A DNA stretch of 64,000 nt, taken from NCBI GenBank assembly GCA_004022145.1, contig RCNU01000004.1; one strand, written 5' to 3'. Positions 49,414 through 62,061 of the stretch are shown piece by piece. The notes below the pieces were generated by a model, which made no database searches, was not told the DNA's origin, and saw nothing but the letters and a program-made list of their open reading frames with translations. Each line of letters begins with the position of its first letter. Within the stretch, counting starts at the first letter, position 1. The position numbers and the translations under genes are program-made. This stretch comes from Paecilomyces variotii. Taxonomy: Eukaryota.

Positions 49414-50403
49414 ATATGATTTGGCCTCGCTGGTCCATCATTTCATATCATACACATTATGTTTATTCCGGCTATCTAATTTGTGACGGCAACAATTTCC
49501 GCTTGCAGTGATGTTCCCGGTTACTGTTCCGTCTGCGGAGGTAGCATTATGTATACCTATCGATAGAGAGTTTCTGGATATCGAGCTATATTCCAGCAAG
49601 AGTGCTACTGTCTGTGCTGCTGCTGATGACGTTTATGGATGGATCGTGTGGGAAGCTACTGTGTTGCACCACAGTAAGGACGGTAATACTGGAATGCTGG
49701 AGCAGGCGATATGGACTGGCGTGTGGGGGGCACTGCTCGCGATGGTGGGTGTAATGGGACATGGTTTTCTTCTTCTTTTTCGCAAAGTACAAAGAAAACA
49801 AAAGGAGCGGGGTCTTGAAGTTTCCAAGACCTCAAAACTGGCGTGGATTTAGGGTGTGGATTGATTGCTCTTTATTTTACCCATCTCTGCAGCACTGTTG
49901 TTGTTTTTTTCCCTTTCTTTTTCACTTTTATGCCCTACTCGTTGTCTACTTCTATATTTACGGGTTCGGCGATTACGATATGGTACAGGTTGTTACATTC
50001 TTGCATAGTACTTTTTGCCAGTGTTCTCCTCGAATCAAATGTTCGAGGCAGAAGCCATGGTTCAGATGGTTAATGTTATTTTCGGACTTGCGTCTGCATA
50101 TGTTGGGCTTCGTCTTGAAGATGAGCCTTGCTGATTTGACTATCACATCCTGGTCCTCCAACAGTATGATTTTGGCTGTCTTCTAGTTCTATTACTATTC
50201 CAGATGACCCGGAGATTGTTATCTGTTCTCCATATGCTACCTATATAGATGAGCCCTGTCTTTCCAGGAGTCTGCATGCTGCTTTAGAAGGTCATTCGCT
50301 GAGCACTCTAGGTGTACCTGAGAAGGTGCCTGTGCCTGAAACCGTGATGCTAGTTTTAAAAGAATGCGCATTTCCATGATGAATTGCCCATCGCATGAGG
50401 CAT

Positions 50404-50411
50404 TGACGTCA
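50404..50411. promoter_or_regulatory. CRE/ATF palindrome TGACGTCA
   Basis: Perfect site about 390 bp upstream of the DUF1857 gene ATG. Confidence 0.3.
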
Positions 50412-50798
50412 CAAAAGAGAATTTGATCTCCTATGCCAGGAAGCTACGATGGGTATAAATAACAATTATTTCGACTATTGCTTCTCTTATACTATGAACA
50501 TGTAAAAAGCTGATCTAGGTAGCGATTATCATTCTGATTAACCTTCGGGAAGTTGAAGTCGCCGTGGAACTGGCTGAATAAGCACCACCACGATCGATCG
50601 ATCACTCACAGAATTGGGTTGTCAATTAACTTCAACCCTCTGATACATATTCTCAGGTTCTGGGTATGCGAATAAGAGTATACACTCGAATCCATGATCT
50701 TCCAGATTTTTTCATCCACTCACTAGTAACAACACATACCTAAACCTTTTCTGATTCCTTGATTAACCCCAGTACTACCTAGGTAGTTAACCACAACA

Positions 50799-51449
50799 AT
50801 GGTAGTCATCTACGTCTCAACCACTCACCCCGTCAATCCGCCCGAAAAAGCCAGTGATATTCTCACGCACGATGAAATATGGGCCGCTCTAGTGGCCAAA
50901 GCGCGCCATCCAGAAGAATTCGTCGCGGCGATCGAGACGTCGCGCATCGTCAGGGAAGATGCGACCGGGTTGACGAGAGCGGTCCTCTTCAAGGGCGAGT
51001 TGGGTAAGGGAGGAGAAGTCGAGGAGGAGATTAAGTATTTTGGGAAGATGAAGGTGGGTTTTCTTTCCTCTTTTCTTTTATTATATTTATTTATCTCGGC
51101 GTCTGCCTCGATAGATGACAAGAGACGGCGCATCTCTTGCCATGTAACAATAGTAAAGAAAGAAAGGACTTGGGGCAACTAACAATGTATACTATTGATA
51201 TCACAGATCGATTTCGCAGTTCCTAAAACAGGACAATTCGTGCAGAACATCATCTCTGTCTCATCTAGCGGTGCGCCGGAAGAGTTATTCTTGACCTTCA
51301 CTTTCCACTGGCCGCATCCTGATGTGGTGGAGGGAAGTGAGGAGGCTAAGAAGCTGGAGGAGAAGTACTGGGCGATGAGCAGACAGGTTGTTCCGCATAC
51401 CATTGAGACTGCAAGGAAGATGAAGGCTGAAGGGAGGTTGGGGTTATGA
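50799..51449 (+). CDS. DUF1857 / AtaL-like SRPBCC (Bet v1-like) protein, 2 exons
   Basis: THPVNPP...LTHDEIWAALVAKARHPEEFVAAIE...LTRAVLF, spliced to IDF...NIIS...LFLTFTFHW...VPHTIETARKM. Confidence 0.75.
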
Positions 51450-52918
51450 GTTGATTAGGTAGTTGCTTGGTTATGTTATGGGGGAGGTTGAGCGTTGCGA
51501 CTGTTACTTAGCATGAGCAAAGTACAGTATATATGGAGTAGGTTAATTAATTATTACGTCGATAATTCAGCCCTACAAGGGCAGTAGTACTGTACTAGTA
51601 ACTGCACCGCAGATAAAACCGGTGCAGAGAGATCAGCGCACCGCCCCTACTTATATCTCTACTCCAGGATCCGGCCCGTTTATTGTTTCCGTTTTCTGAT
51701 ACTCACCGTGGTGGAGAGAGAAGCTTAATTGATATTCCCTGCAGGGATCTAAACAAAGAAAAGACTGGAGCCGGAAAAGATATTTCGCTTGAAGTGCCGG
51801 CAGTTTCGCGCAACTGTAATAATGCCAACTAACTAACTAGCTATTCCAATACGATATCACACTTAATATTTCTAAAATATCTATTAGAGATATAAAAGAG
51901 AACCAAGAAGAAATATTTTATCTTTAAAACAGACCCAAAAAGGGATCTCGGAGTGACGAAGCGTGACGACTCAATCTAGCGCGCTCTCAGCCACTACTTA
52001 CGCTTGCGCGCTAAGAAACTTGCAGTCTTACGTGGACGAGCTCGGTATCCACTGCGCTTATATAGTCTCTGGAATAAAGTTATTTTTGGGCTTTCCGGAC
52101 AAGAAGGAAAAAAAAAAGTAATGAATGAATGAATAGTGGCGATGATTTTTGATTCGACTGGAGTAGATTTTGGTTTTGGTTTTAGTTTTGGCGACTATTA
52201 AGGACCATGAGGATCCGGATCGAGCATCGGTAAGATAGTATAATATGTACTTGGTCACTGTATTTATTATATTCGCTAATTTAGATACTCTTACCGTTTA
52301 TAATGACTATAAAGAGCCAAACCAACACGATGTAGATCTCCTAAGCTATTCGCAATAAAAATGCACTTCTGTTCCTGCAGACAAGCCGATCGATTATCCC
52401 CCTCAGCCAATACCTACTTATCCCAGCCGGCTCTCTCCGTTGGCGATACAGCCCAAGTCCGCGTAGTCTCTCAGGAACCAACCATTAGTTACAAGGATTG
52501 GATTCGTCATCCGGCAGTGCCAATTAATGGACACGGGGGGCGCATGCGTTTCCTTAATTTAGTAGTCGACAACAGTTGGAGGTGTTTCCCCAAGGTAAAG
52601 TTCTGGATGAGCTAGTGCTGTGGTCTAGACAGAAGATCTCTTCTAGCTTACTTACTTACTACCATACAAGGCTTTTTAATTCATAGTGCCACTGATTCCG
52701 TATTCATCCCACTTTGTCTCTGTCTTTGATCTTCTTGTTTTTGATGCCTATAAGGCGGTGAGCTGTTGTCTTATGTGTTGTATGAGTTGACAGGGTTGTC
52801 TTTGTTTATCCTGTCTTTCGCTTTTACACCTCACACTCGCTTCTCAGAGCTCACACAAATACTTTTACCATCATCGATTTTCATTTAAAAAAGTCCTGTT
52901 ACTGTGAAATCTATCAGA

Positions 52919-53848
52919 ATGCATAAGGAAAAGTTGGCTGTTATCCTGGCTTTGGCTGCCATTATCATGGCATGGCCTTTTCGTCTCCCAATCTCTCTGC
53001 AGCCTGTTGTGGAACTGTCTCTTCCAGGAGTGGGCCACGTCCTGTCTGAAGGACAGAATCACAAAATCCAACACGTCAAAAGAGACGCCGAGAAAGATGC
53101 CCATCACGGTGTTATTCTTTCAAAGCTCATAGAGATTCGCGCCGAGACTGATACCACGACTGATACTACCTCAGCAACTACAGACACTGCGACAACTGCG
53201 ACATCGACCTCAGACACTGCAACTACTACGTCTGATACGACCGCTACCTCTACTACCACATCTGAGACATCGTCCACTACTGCGTCGACTGCCTCTTCTA
53301 CCACCGCGACCACTACAAGCAGCACGTCCACATCAGCATCAAGTACTACCACCGCATCCACATCGTCCAGCACGGCAACGACCACTTCCTCCAGTACATC
53401 TTCCACTACATCATCTACTTCCTCCTGTGCCCCCTCGGCAACAAGCAGTTCCTGTGTAGCTCTCAGAAAATTCAATCATGACGGCATCGTCCGTGCAATC
53501 GCCGTCTTCTGCTCACTGGCTGGTGTCGGCCTCATTTTTATCCTCTGGCGCTACATCAAGAGGAGAAAAGAGCAGAATCGTCAAAAGCAAAACCGGATCA
53601 GCCAGAACAGCGACAATTCGACTGCCTCGACGGAGTTTCTGACCGGTGAAGGAAGGGTCATGTCGCCCGCGGATAAGCAGCGGTACAGGGAGTCACTCAT
53701 GTTTATGGATCAGCGGTCGTCGACTGCTTTCGACTCGCGACGCAATAGTAGAAATATCCTAGTTGTCTCACCGCTGGCAAAAGAAGAGTCTACGGATCCC
53801 GCGAATACGGACATTGCGCTGGAGCCGATGCGTCCTGCTCACATTTAA
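52919..53848 (+). CDS. Ser/Thr-rich single-pass membrane glycoprotein (Mid2-like architecture)
   Basis: Signal peptide (LAVILALAAIIMAWP), roughly 100-aa Thr/Ser tract, TM (AIAVFCSLAGVGLIFILW), basic stop-transfer KRRK and a cytoplasmic tail. Confidence 0.75.
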   Translation: MHKEKLAVILALAAIIMAWPFRLPISLQPVVELSLPGVGHVLSEGQNHKIQHVKRDAEKDAHHGVILSKLIEIRAETDTTTDTTSATTDTATTATSTSDTATTTSDTTATSTTTSETSSTTASTASSTTATTTSSTSTSASSTTTASTSSSTATTTSSSTSSTTSSTSSCAPSATSSSCVALRKFNHDGIVRAIAVFCSLAGVGLIFILWRYIKRRKEQNRQKQNRISQNSDNSTASTEFLTGEGRVMSPADKQRYRESLMFMDQRSSTAFDSRRNSRNILVVSPLAKEESTDPANTDIALEPMRPAHI

Positions 53849-54779
53849 AAGGAGTCTGAAGGAGTTGGGTTGGATGCTTACGATGAACGTTTACGGACTT
53901 CACCGATAGCGAGGGCAGAGTCTAAGGACACATGAATCACGGATACCGCACTGGAGCGAATGCCCTGCGCATATTCAAGGAGTTCGAGGAGTTGGATCGG
54001 ATTGTGATTTTCCCCCGGTTGATGCTAATGGAATGTTCTGGGATGGATGCATCTGAGAATGATGAACGTTTATGGGCGTATGTATGAGTACAAATTTTCC
54101 ATCAAATCCTCTTCTTGTATGTATGTGTTGAGATCAAAAATCATGATTCTATTTTTACTCTTCGGTCCTAAGTATGCGAGTCCTAGTACATACATGATAC
54201 TTAAGTACGGCGGAGTTGCATATGCATGAATAAACAAGTCCACCACACATTGTCGAATCCTTTAGCACGGAAGCAGAATCTGAATTGCTTGCGTGACTCT
54301 AGGTCTAGAGGGAGATTTGATCCCATATTTACCATATCTCTAGCATATAAAGAATCCAGTAGGTTTGATCCAATTCCATGCGGGAACCTGGTGTCACGGA
54401 TGATTGTCTTCTTTGTACACCGACAGACATTATGCGCGTACTTTTGAGTAGTCTGATCGGACCACAGTGATATTATCTCGGCGAACACCAGCTGACTTAC
54501 CCCGCGATAAACGATATCAAGAACCATGAAGCCCGATAAATGGCTTCCCTGTGTGAGATACATTGCACGTTGTAATTGGAAAATATTCGACCGGAAAGGT
54601 AAATAGAACTATATTCCCTTGTGTACCTGGATATAGACTTGCTAATTGAGAAGTTACGTAGTTACCTACCTACCTACTAGCAGATGCCTAACTGCATGCT
54701 CGACATAATCACCACATAACGTGCATCACACACAAAACACACATCTATAGAAGACAATATCCCTGAATCAATTGAATCA

Positions 54780-56462
54780 ATGGACACCACTACAAACCCA
54801 CCATTTACCATGAACGAACTGACCATATCCCGCTTCCACTCGGCCCTCCTCGCCGGCTCAACAACCTGCGAAGCACTCACTTCATTCTATCTCTCCCAAA
54901 TAGCTAAATATGACAAAACCCTCCGGTCCATAATCACCATCAATCCGCAAGCGCTGGAAGAAGCACGTCGCAAAGATGCGCGATTTGCCGCGACCAAAGC
55001 TTTTGCTACAGACCCTGACGATCCGGATGTGCAATTGAAATTGCACTTACCACCCCTCTTCTGCGTCCCTATCGTCCTCAAAGACACCTACGCCACAACA
55101 TCCATGCCTACAACAGCGGGCTCGATCTCTCTCCGCACCCTGCGCACCAAGGAAGATGCATTTGTCGTCCAGCGTCTCCGCGCCGCAGGAGCGATTATCC
55201 TTGCGAAAGCGAATCTTCATGAATTCTCCCTTCAGGGCATCACGATCAGTTCTCTCGGCGGACAGACGCTGAATCCATATGATAGCACACGCACGCCCGG
55301 GGGCTCGTCGGGCGGTACGGCCGTCGCGCTTGCTGCGAATATGGCCCTGGTTGGATGTGGTGGTGACACGATGAATTCGCTACGTAGCCCCGCGTCGGCG
55401 TGTGGTGTGGTTGGGTTCAGGCCGTCGAGGGGCCAGATTTCGAAGCGTGGGACGGTGCCAGTGACGATGGCGCAGGATGTGCTTGGTCCTATGGCGAGGG
55501 CGGTGGAGGATGTGAGGGTTCTTTTTGAGGTTATGAGAGGGCAAGATGTGGAGGATCAAGTCACGGTGGATGAGAGGAGGGAGAATGAAACTAGATCTCC
55601 TCCTTCGGGCCCAGAGACGTCTAGTATCAATGCTCTCCGCGGACATGATCATAAGATCAGGATCGGAGTCCTGGATAATTACTTCGATGACGACACCAAT
55701 CAAGATCAGGAGATATCCATCGTGAACGAAACGATCCAATCTGCACTGAAGAAAAGCCATGATTTCGCAGACCTCATCCATCTCTCCGTTCCGGAATTCG
55801 ATACACACACCCTCCTCTCGACGGTAGATGTGCAATCATACGAATTCCGCACCGCAATTGACTCCTTCTTACAATCAGATATCATAATCCCCGGGTCGAC
55901 GCATCGATCCCTCGCTTCTATTGCTGCTAGTGGGGAGTTCATGCGCGAAGCGATGACGCCGCCGTTCTTCGAATCGTTGCAAACGGATGTATTCAACACT
56001 TCGAGTCCGGAGTATAAAGAGCGATTAGGGAGGATTGAGGCTCTGAAGCGGAAATTACAGGAGTGCTTTGAGAAGAATCGACTCGATGCATTAGTGTATC
56101 CGCATCAGAGAAGGTTGGTGGTGAGAGTGGGAGAGACGGTGCAGAGTGGTAGGAATGGGATTCTGGCTGCTTTGACGGGTACGCCGGCCATTTGTGTTCC
56201 TGGTACGTTTTGTTGTTTTTCTGTTTTGGAAATGTGATGGCTTGGATCAAGGAAGAGGTTGGGAGGGAGGAGGGGGAAAGATAATAAGCTGACGACGACT
56301 CAAGCTGGTTTTAGTTCACCGACAGAAACAGCCCCTTTGGGAATCCCTATTGGTATTGAATTATTGGGTCGGCCGTGGAAGGACTTTGAGCTGCTCGATA
56401 TTGCGGAAAGGTTCGAGGGCGTTCTGCAGGCGCGGAGGGAGCCCGTTCTTGAGACAGTTTGA
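54780..56462 (+). CDS. Amidase-signature family enzyme, 2 exons
   Basis: PIVLKD (catalytic Lys), GAIILAKANLHEF, PGGSSGGT and GGDTMNSLRSPA. Last exon GFS...GIPIGIELLGRPWKD. Confidence 0.9.
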
Positions 56463-56954
56463 GGCGGGGTAGGTAGGTATACAGACATGATAACTGCTCA
56501 TTGCGATAGAATGGACAAGGATTGTTGTGAACACAGAGGGAGATAGTATGTGTTGTGATATATTCCAGATGATCAATGACGTTTTGATAATTATGGACAG
56601 TCTATCTAGACTCTAGTAAAGCTTCTATTCATCAAGAACAGGAGAGGTCTAATTGACGACCGCTGCTGCAGGAAGAAGTAAGGTAGAAATAACTCGACGC
56701 TAATGCCTCCCCGAAATGCGTGGGAAAAGAGACCGTTTTTATGAAATAGAGAAAGGGCGCAACCGTCCTTCTCGACTTGACGAGACTAGCACATCTCGAA
56801 GACATTGCTCCTATCAAGCCATACTGAGCTTTCCCGCCTGATCTATGATTCACTGATTTATTCTAGTGAGGTGCATAGAATCGCGTGGGCGGGGCCTCTG
56901 CTTCGACCCCATGCCCTACTGGTGAGATCTTCACTCGGCGACGGAATGTCGAGA

Positions 56955-58274
56955 TTACATTCCACGGTTGAATTCAACCTTGCCATCTTGACCGCCCCGG
57001 CCCCAGAACTCCGGCTCCAAGCTATCAGCACTCACCGCTTGGCGCTGTGGGAATGCTCCGAGGGCCAGCGGAAGGGCGAAGAGAGAAGTGGTCAGGATCA
57101 GGCCGAGGTTGACGGGCAGAACCAGACGGGGTCGAGACTTGAGCCAGTCCATCTTCTCAAGCTTCACAAGAATCAAAGGTGGAATCACCATGATGGGAGT
57201 CGCGTTCAGCACACGGCTAATAGCAGTCTCACCGACCGCCAACGTAGCGGCCTTCTTGCTCTTCCCGAGACTCTGCAACCCTTCGCCGGTGATCTCACGT
57301 TTCTTCTTCTCCTCCTCAGAGAGAACAGGATAGACGTCAATTCCTCGTCGGATTTCCTCACCCCGCATCAAGAAGACGTTGAGAGCACTGGCGCTGGAGA
57401 CGGCGGCAAACGGCACCAAACGGCTCAGGATCAACTTCGTGTTGGGGGAAACGCTTTTCAATCGGGGAACAAGTGCGTTCAGACCAAGTGCCACCGAGCA
57501 GGATGCGGAGACAGCCATGCAGTAGGACTTGGCCATCTGGGAGACGGAGAGCGGCGTGGATTTGTTGGCATTGGAGCTGTTGATGGCCACGTTGAGCGAC
57601 TGGTTGGCAATCTGCCACAGGAGCGTGCCAGTAGTCTAGCTGCTAATCAGAAACCAATCCTTCCCATGATCATCTCTATCTGTCTGCCAGTCATACCTTC
57701 AGCCCAGGCGTGAGCATTCCCGCGGTGACAACCAAATTGGACAAGACGAAGCAGGACATGCGGAAGGGAAGGAAAACAGGTTCGCTGGTATCTGCGTCAA
57801 TACATCAGTACAGTCCATCCAAATGAGAAGAGATATCAGCCGGTCTCACCAGGATGAAGTGTCGAATCCAGCACCTTCTTGGCCTGCCACAACTCCGGGG
57901 TCATTGATGGAATCTCGCCCTGCTTGTAGGAGGTCACCAGCTTCTTCGCCTGCTCCAGACCGGATGAGGATACGAAAAGCATCCTGCGCAAAGCATCATT
58001 AGCATCTGCAGTAACAATTGACCGTGTTTGCAATCAGAGAGAAGCCCTGCCGTGTCAGAGCAGACTCAGCTGCACCATCCTCAAGAGGAACTGGACCAGC
58101 CCAGCCCCTCATCGTCTCTTCTGCGCGACTCCCCTACCCAATACCAAATTGAATGTTCAATCCAACTCACCGAGGATCCGAAATATCGGCGGCCTGCCTC
58201 ACGCGACCCCAGTAGGTACTGAGATCATACTGGGATGCGGGGAGCTCCCGATTGCCGGGGAGCGAAGAGGACAT
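56955..58274 (-). CDS. fsf1: Sideroflexin (mitochondrial Fsf1/SFXN carrier), multi-exon
   Basis: MSSSLPGNRELPASQYDLSTYWGRVRQAADISDPR|MLF...LWQAKKVLDSTLHP|DTSEPVFLPFRMSCFV...WQIANQSLNVAIN...VEFNRG. A further tiny terminal exon cannot be excluded. Confidence 0.9.
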
Positions 58275-58719
58275 GTTCCAGGAGAACGCAGTCTGAAACC
58301 CACAGGAGACGAGAGAGTCGAGTTGGCAACTGATCCCGCAAGGCTGATTGTGGGAATCGAATCACTCTTCCAGACTGGTTACTGGGACCAAAGAGTCATC
58401 CACACGCTGACAAAAAAAATTGCCCGTCGCTATCGGAGGCGGTGAAGGGGATTGCTGATAAGCCGGTTTGGGACTAGCGCTCTCTCCCCAGATCTATCGG
58501 ACATCCGAATAATGCGCGCACCCGATTGGCCGGTGACCGAGCTCAATCTTTCATGAGTCAGTGTTGGCGAGTCCGAGTCGTCATGAAGATAACTATCTGA
58601 TCTAGGGTCGATGGAGGCTTGGCGGCCATCACTGCTGCTCACCGGATGGACCCTTTGTTTGCGCGATGGGGTGGACACGAAGATCGTCGGGGGAAGCAGG
58701 ACAGATTGATTAATTGATT

Positions 58720-58754
58720 GATGGATGGATGGATGGATGGATGAATGAATGGAT
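58720..58754. repeat. (GGAT/GAAT)n tetranucleotide microsatellite
   Basis: gatggatggatggatggatggatgaatgaatggat. Confidence 0.75.
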
Positions 58755-59220
58755 CAGATATGGTTGCTTTGTATCGACGATGATCTATGTCTATCAAGAA
58801 CGCCTGAGGCCGCCTCTAGCATCCCGGGAACCGTCCAGCTGGAATAAGACGGGGAGGATCTCCTGCACGTGACCGCCACCAGCTCTGCAGAAATCGCCGA
58901 GAGACTCCGCCGCCGTTGCTCTCCGCGCTGTCCAGCCAATCAGATGCCCGGCACACGCCGTCCCTGGGGCTTTCTCGGCGCCGGCGCTGCACCTTGCCGG
59001 ATGCGGGCATGAGGGGAAAAGCTTCCCATCCCAGACGAAATACACCTTAGTTACCCGGTCTGACGGGTCCGGTACTTCGCTTGCAATTTACTGCATACTC
59101 CTAAAAAGCAATCATCCCACCATCTCCTGGTCTTCGTATCGCAGCTGTCTGTCGCACAGGCATATCGCGCTATAACAATTGCCCGATGAGCGATGCTCGT
59201 CGATGGGCAGACGATCGTCG

Positions 59221-60916
59221 ATGGCTGAACACACGGGCCCGGACCCAGGCGATGATCCGTTCTACCAGACGATAGAGGTCGATACGCAGGTCCGTAACCA
59301 CGCGTTGATGCTGTTCACTCCCCTTCATACGAGGCAAAGAAATAATGGGTCTCTCCCTTTTCCTTTTTTAGGTAACGGGTACCGATAGCACATACGAGGA
59401 TGAACTGTAATGAGATTCTATCCCGATGATCAGCAGCAGCAGCAGCAGAACAGTAGAAAGCTAACAGTTGCTCAGATCAAGTTGTACGAAATCCGTCACC
59501 TCCATTCGAGACTACCGGCAAGAGCATGGCAGACGCTACCACTCATACCACGACGGCAGTGAGTCTCCTTGATGACCATATGGGTCAACGGTATCTAATT
59601 GCAACGAAAGGGTATCTTCTGCCTAATGATGAGGCCGAAGCGCAGCGATTAGACATGATGCACGAGATGATGTTGTTCATGATGGGCCAGCGGCTCTTTC
59701 TCGCGCCTATCGCGGATAACCCCCAACAAGTTTTGGATCTAGGGACGGGGACGGGTATTTGGGCACTTGATTTTGGTGAGTCGCGGATCGTATCAGTCAA
59801 AAGAAGGGAATGCTGACCCCAATTGCACTATCTAGCCGACCGGTATCCGAATGCAGAAGTACATCTCTCCTTCGAAGATCTATGGACGAATTGGCGTAGC
59901 ATGCTGAACGATTTTATTTTCTAGGTCACTGGTACCGATCTCAGTCCAATCCAACCGTCATAGTAAGTAGCCTCAGTTTCCAGGATCTCTCGACAGCCTG
60001 GTTGGATCCTTCCACTATAATGTCTGCTTTTTGGGAGTGTGAGCGCGCTCGATCAATCTTAGCCTTCGTGGCGACTTCTCACCAGCATACTTCCCATCCC
60101 CATATATAGTCGCTAATAAGATGGACATAATCAGTAGCGGCCCTCCAAACGTTCACTTCATCGTGGATGATATGGAAGATGAATGGGCTTTCCCCGAGCA
60201 GCAGAAATTCGACTTTATCCATGCTCGTTTCCTCGCGCTGGGTATCAAAGACTTTCCCAAGCTTCTCACAGAGTGCTTTAAGTAAGAACTCCGGATCACC
60301 TCCCAAAGAAAACTAAATTACTAACGTACCTAGCAATACGATCCCGGGCGGATGGGTCGAATTCCAAGATTGGGACCTGAACATGTATTCACAGGACGGT
60401 TCGACCACGGGAACATCAATCGAACAATACTACAATATCGGCATCAGAGCTTATGAGAAAACAGGGCACGTCGTGAGCCCTGGCCCGCACCTGGAGCAAT
60501 GGTTCCACGAGGCAGGATTTACCGAAATTCACGTCCAGAAGTACCTGCTCCCCATGGGACCATGGCCCAAGGAAGAACACCTAGTCAGTCATCACAATAT
60601 ATATCCCTTATCTCCCTCGACCCATATCTGACCCCGAAGTCCAGAAATCCCTAGGAATGTGGAACCTATTACAAGCCTCGACTGGTTTCGAGGCTAGCGC
60701 CCTCGCAGTATTGACGAGATACGAAAACTGGACCCCCGCTGACGTCGTCCATCTGGCAGAAAAAGCAAAGTTAGATGCTAGAGACCGGAACATACATGCT
60801 TTATTTGATTTGTACGTCACACACACACAACCCTCCCACTTAATATTTTCAATCCATTCAATTAACCAGATCCACCTACCACCAGCTACGTTGTATATGG
60901 GAGAAGGCCATTATGA
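59221..60916 (+). CDS. LaeA-like (TAM-domain) SAM-dependent methyltransferase, about 10 exons
   Basis: IRDYRQEHGRRYHSY, YLLPNDEAEAQRLDMMH, VLDLGTGTGIWALDF, GTDLSPIQP, PPNVHFIVDD, FDFIHAR, PGGWVEFQD, PMGPWPK and terminal YVVYGRRPL*. Confidence 0.88.
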
Positions 60917-62061
60917 GCTTTTTTTTCTTCTACCTTTTACGATAACGACACATTCTCAACCCCGCAAACCTCAGACGAGGAGCGGATCCGATACGGGAGG
61001 CGTTTTGTCAAAAAAGAAAGATTACTCAAACGATTATTTCTTTTGCATTCATTCATTCAATTCCTCATCAGCGCAGAGGGGGAAATATGAAATGCAATTC
61101 ATGACATGACCAGAATAAAGGGACAACAACACAGTCAATAGTTAGTCCCCATCGCATTACGTGATCAATCTTGGCCGCTTCTGCTACGGTCTAGATTTTG
61201 GAGATACCTTTTACTTCGACACTTATGAAGAAGAAGAAAGCTTCTAAGTGCTTTGATGCACTCTATTGACATGATACATGGTACTAGCTAGTATGTATAT
61301 ACATAATATACCATCGTCATGAGGATCCTCGTTTCGATTTAATGTGACCATATTGGTAAAGTATATCATGTATCTTGGCCCTCTATATTGAGTATTGCTG
61401 GTGTAATTACAGTCCGGCTTATCAGGTCACCACGGTCATCATTCATTTTACTAGGGTAGGATCATGGATAGCGAAACACAAGCGTAAGGTAAGTGAAATT
61501 ATATATTATCGTAACTGTCTACCGAGGTCTGCTGATCTCTAGTCATCCTGGGGAACACTCTCCAAATGGCGCAGGCGAAAAGCGAAGAGCTAAGAAACGC
61601 AGAATTAACTTCCATCGTGAGGGGATTTATTGTATGTGATCACCCGAAGCGCGGAAAAGGGGTCCAGGTGTACATGAGGTAGTAGATACAACAAGGAGGT
61701 GTCCATATATGGGAGACATGTGTCTCGGGGGCTCAGAAAAGGGAATCGCTATGGAACAGAAGTAGTGGTTACAGTAGCCCTATAATAGACGGGCGATGAT
61801 GTAGGCATGAGGGTATACAGCCGTGCCACGAAATAACAAAGACAGGCTTTTGGGTATCCAAATGACAAGTCAACAGGAAACATAAGAAAAGAGTCTCCTC
61901 CCCGTATGTCGTTGGATATATCCGTAGGTCGAGGAGTACAGGCAATATAACAAACGACAAAGACCATCACGGCGGTATGCATAATATATGTAAAGAAGCT
62001 GGACGTATTCATGCATCAGATGAGGCTAGGAACGAAAGGAAAAAAAGGGATCGTATCGCTA

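Noticed and set aside
56805-57713. 302-aa + strand ORF
   Set aside because: Antisense to the well-supported sideroflexin exons; no recognisable motifs.
50799-60916. Possible secondary-metabolite cluster (AtaL-like, amidase, LaeA-like methyltransferase)
   Set aside because: No PKS, NRPS or terpene backbone gene in the window, and the genes are interleaved with housekeeping genes.
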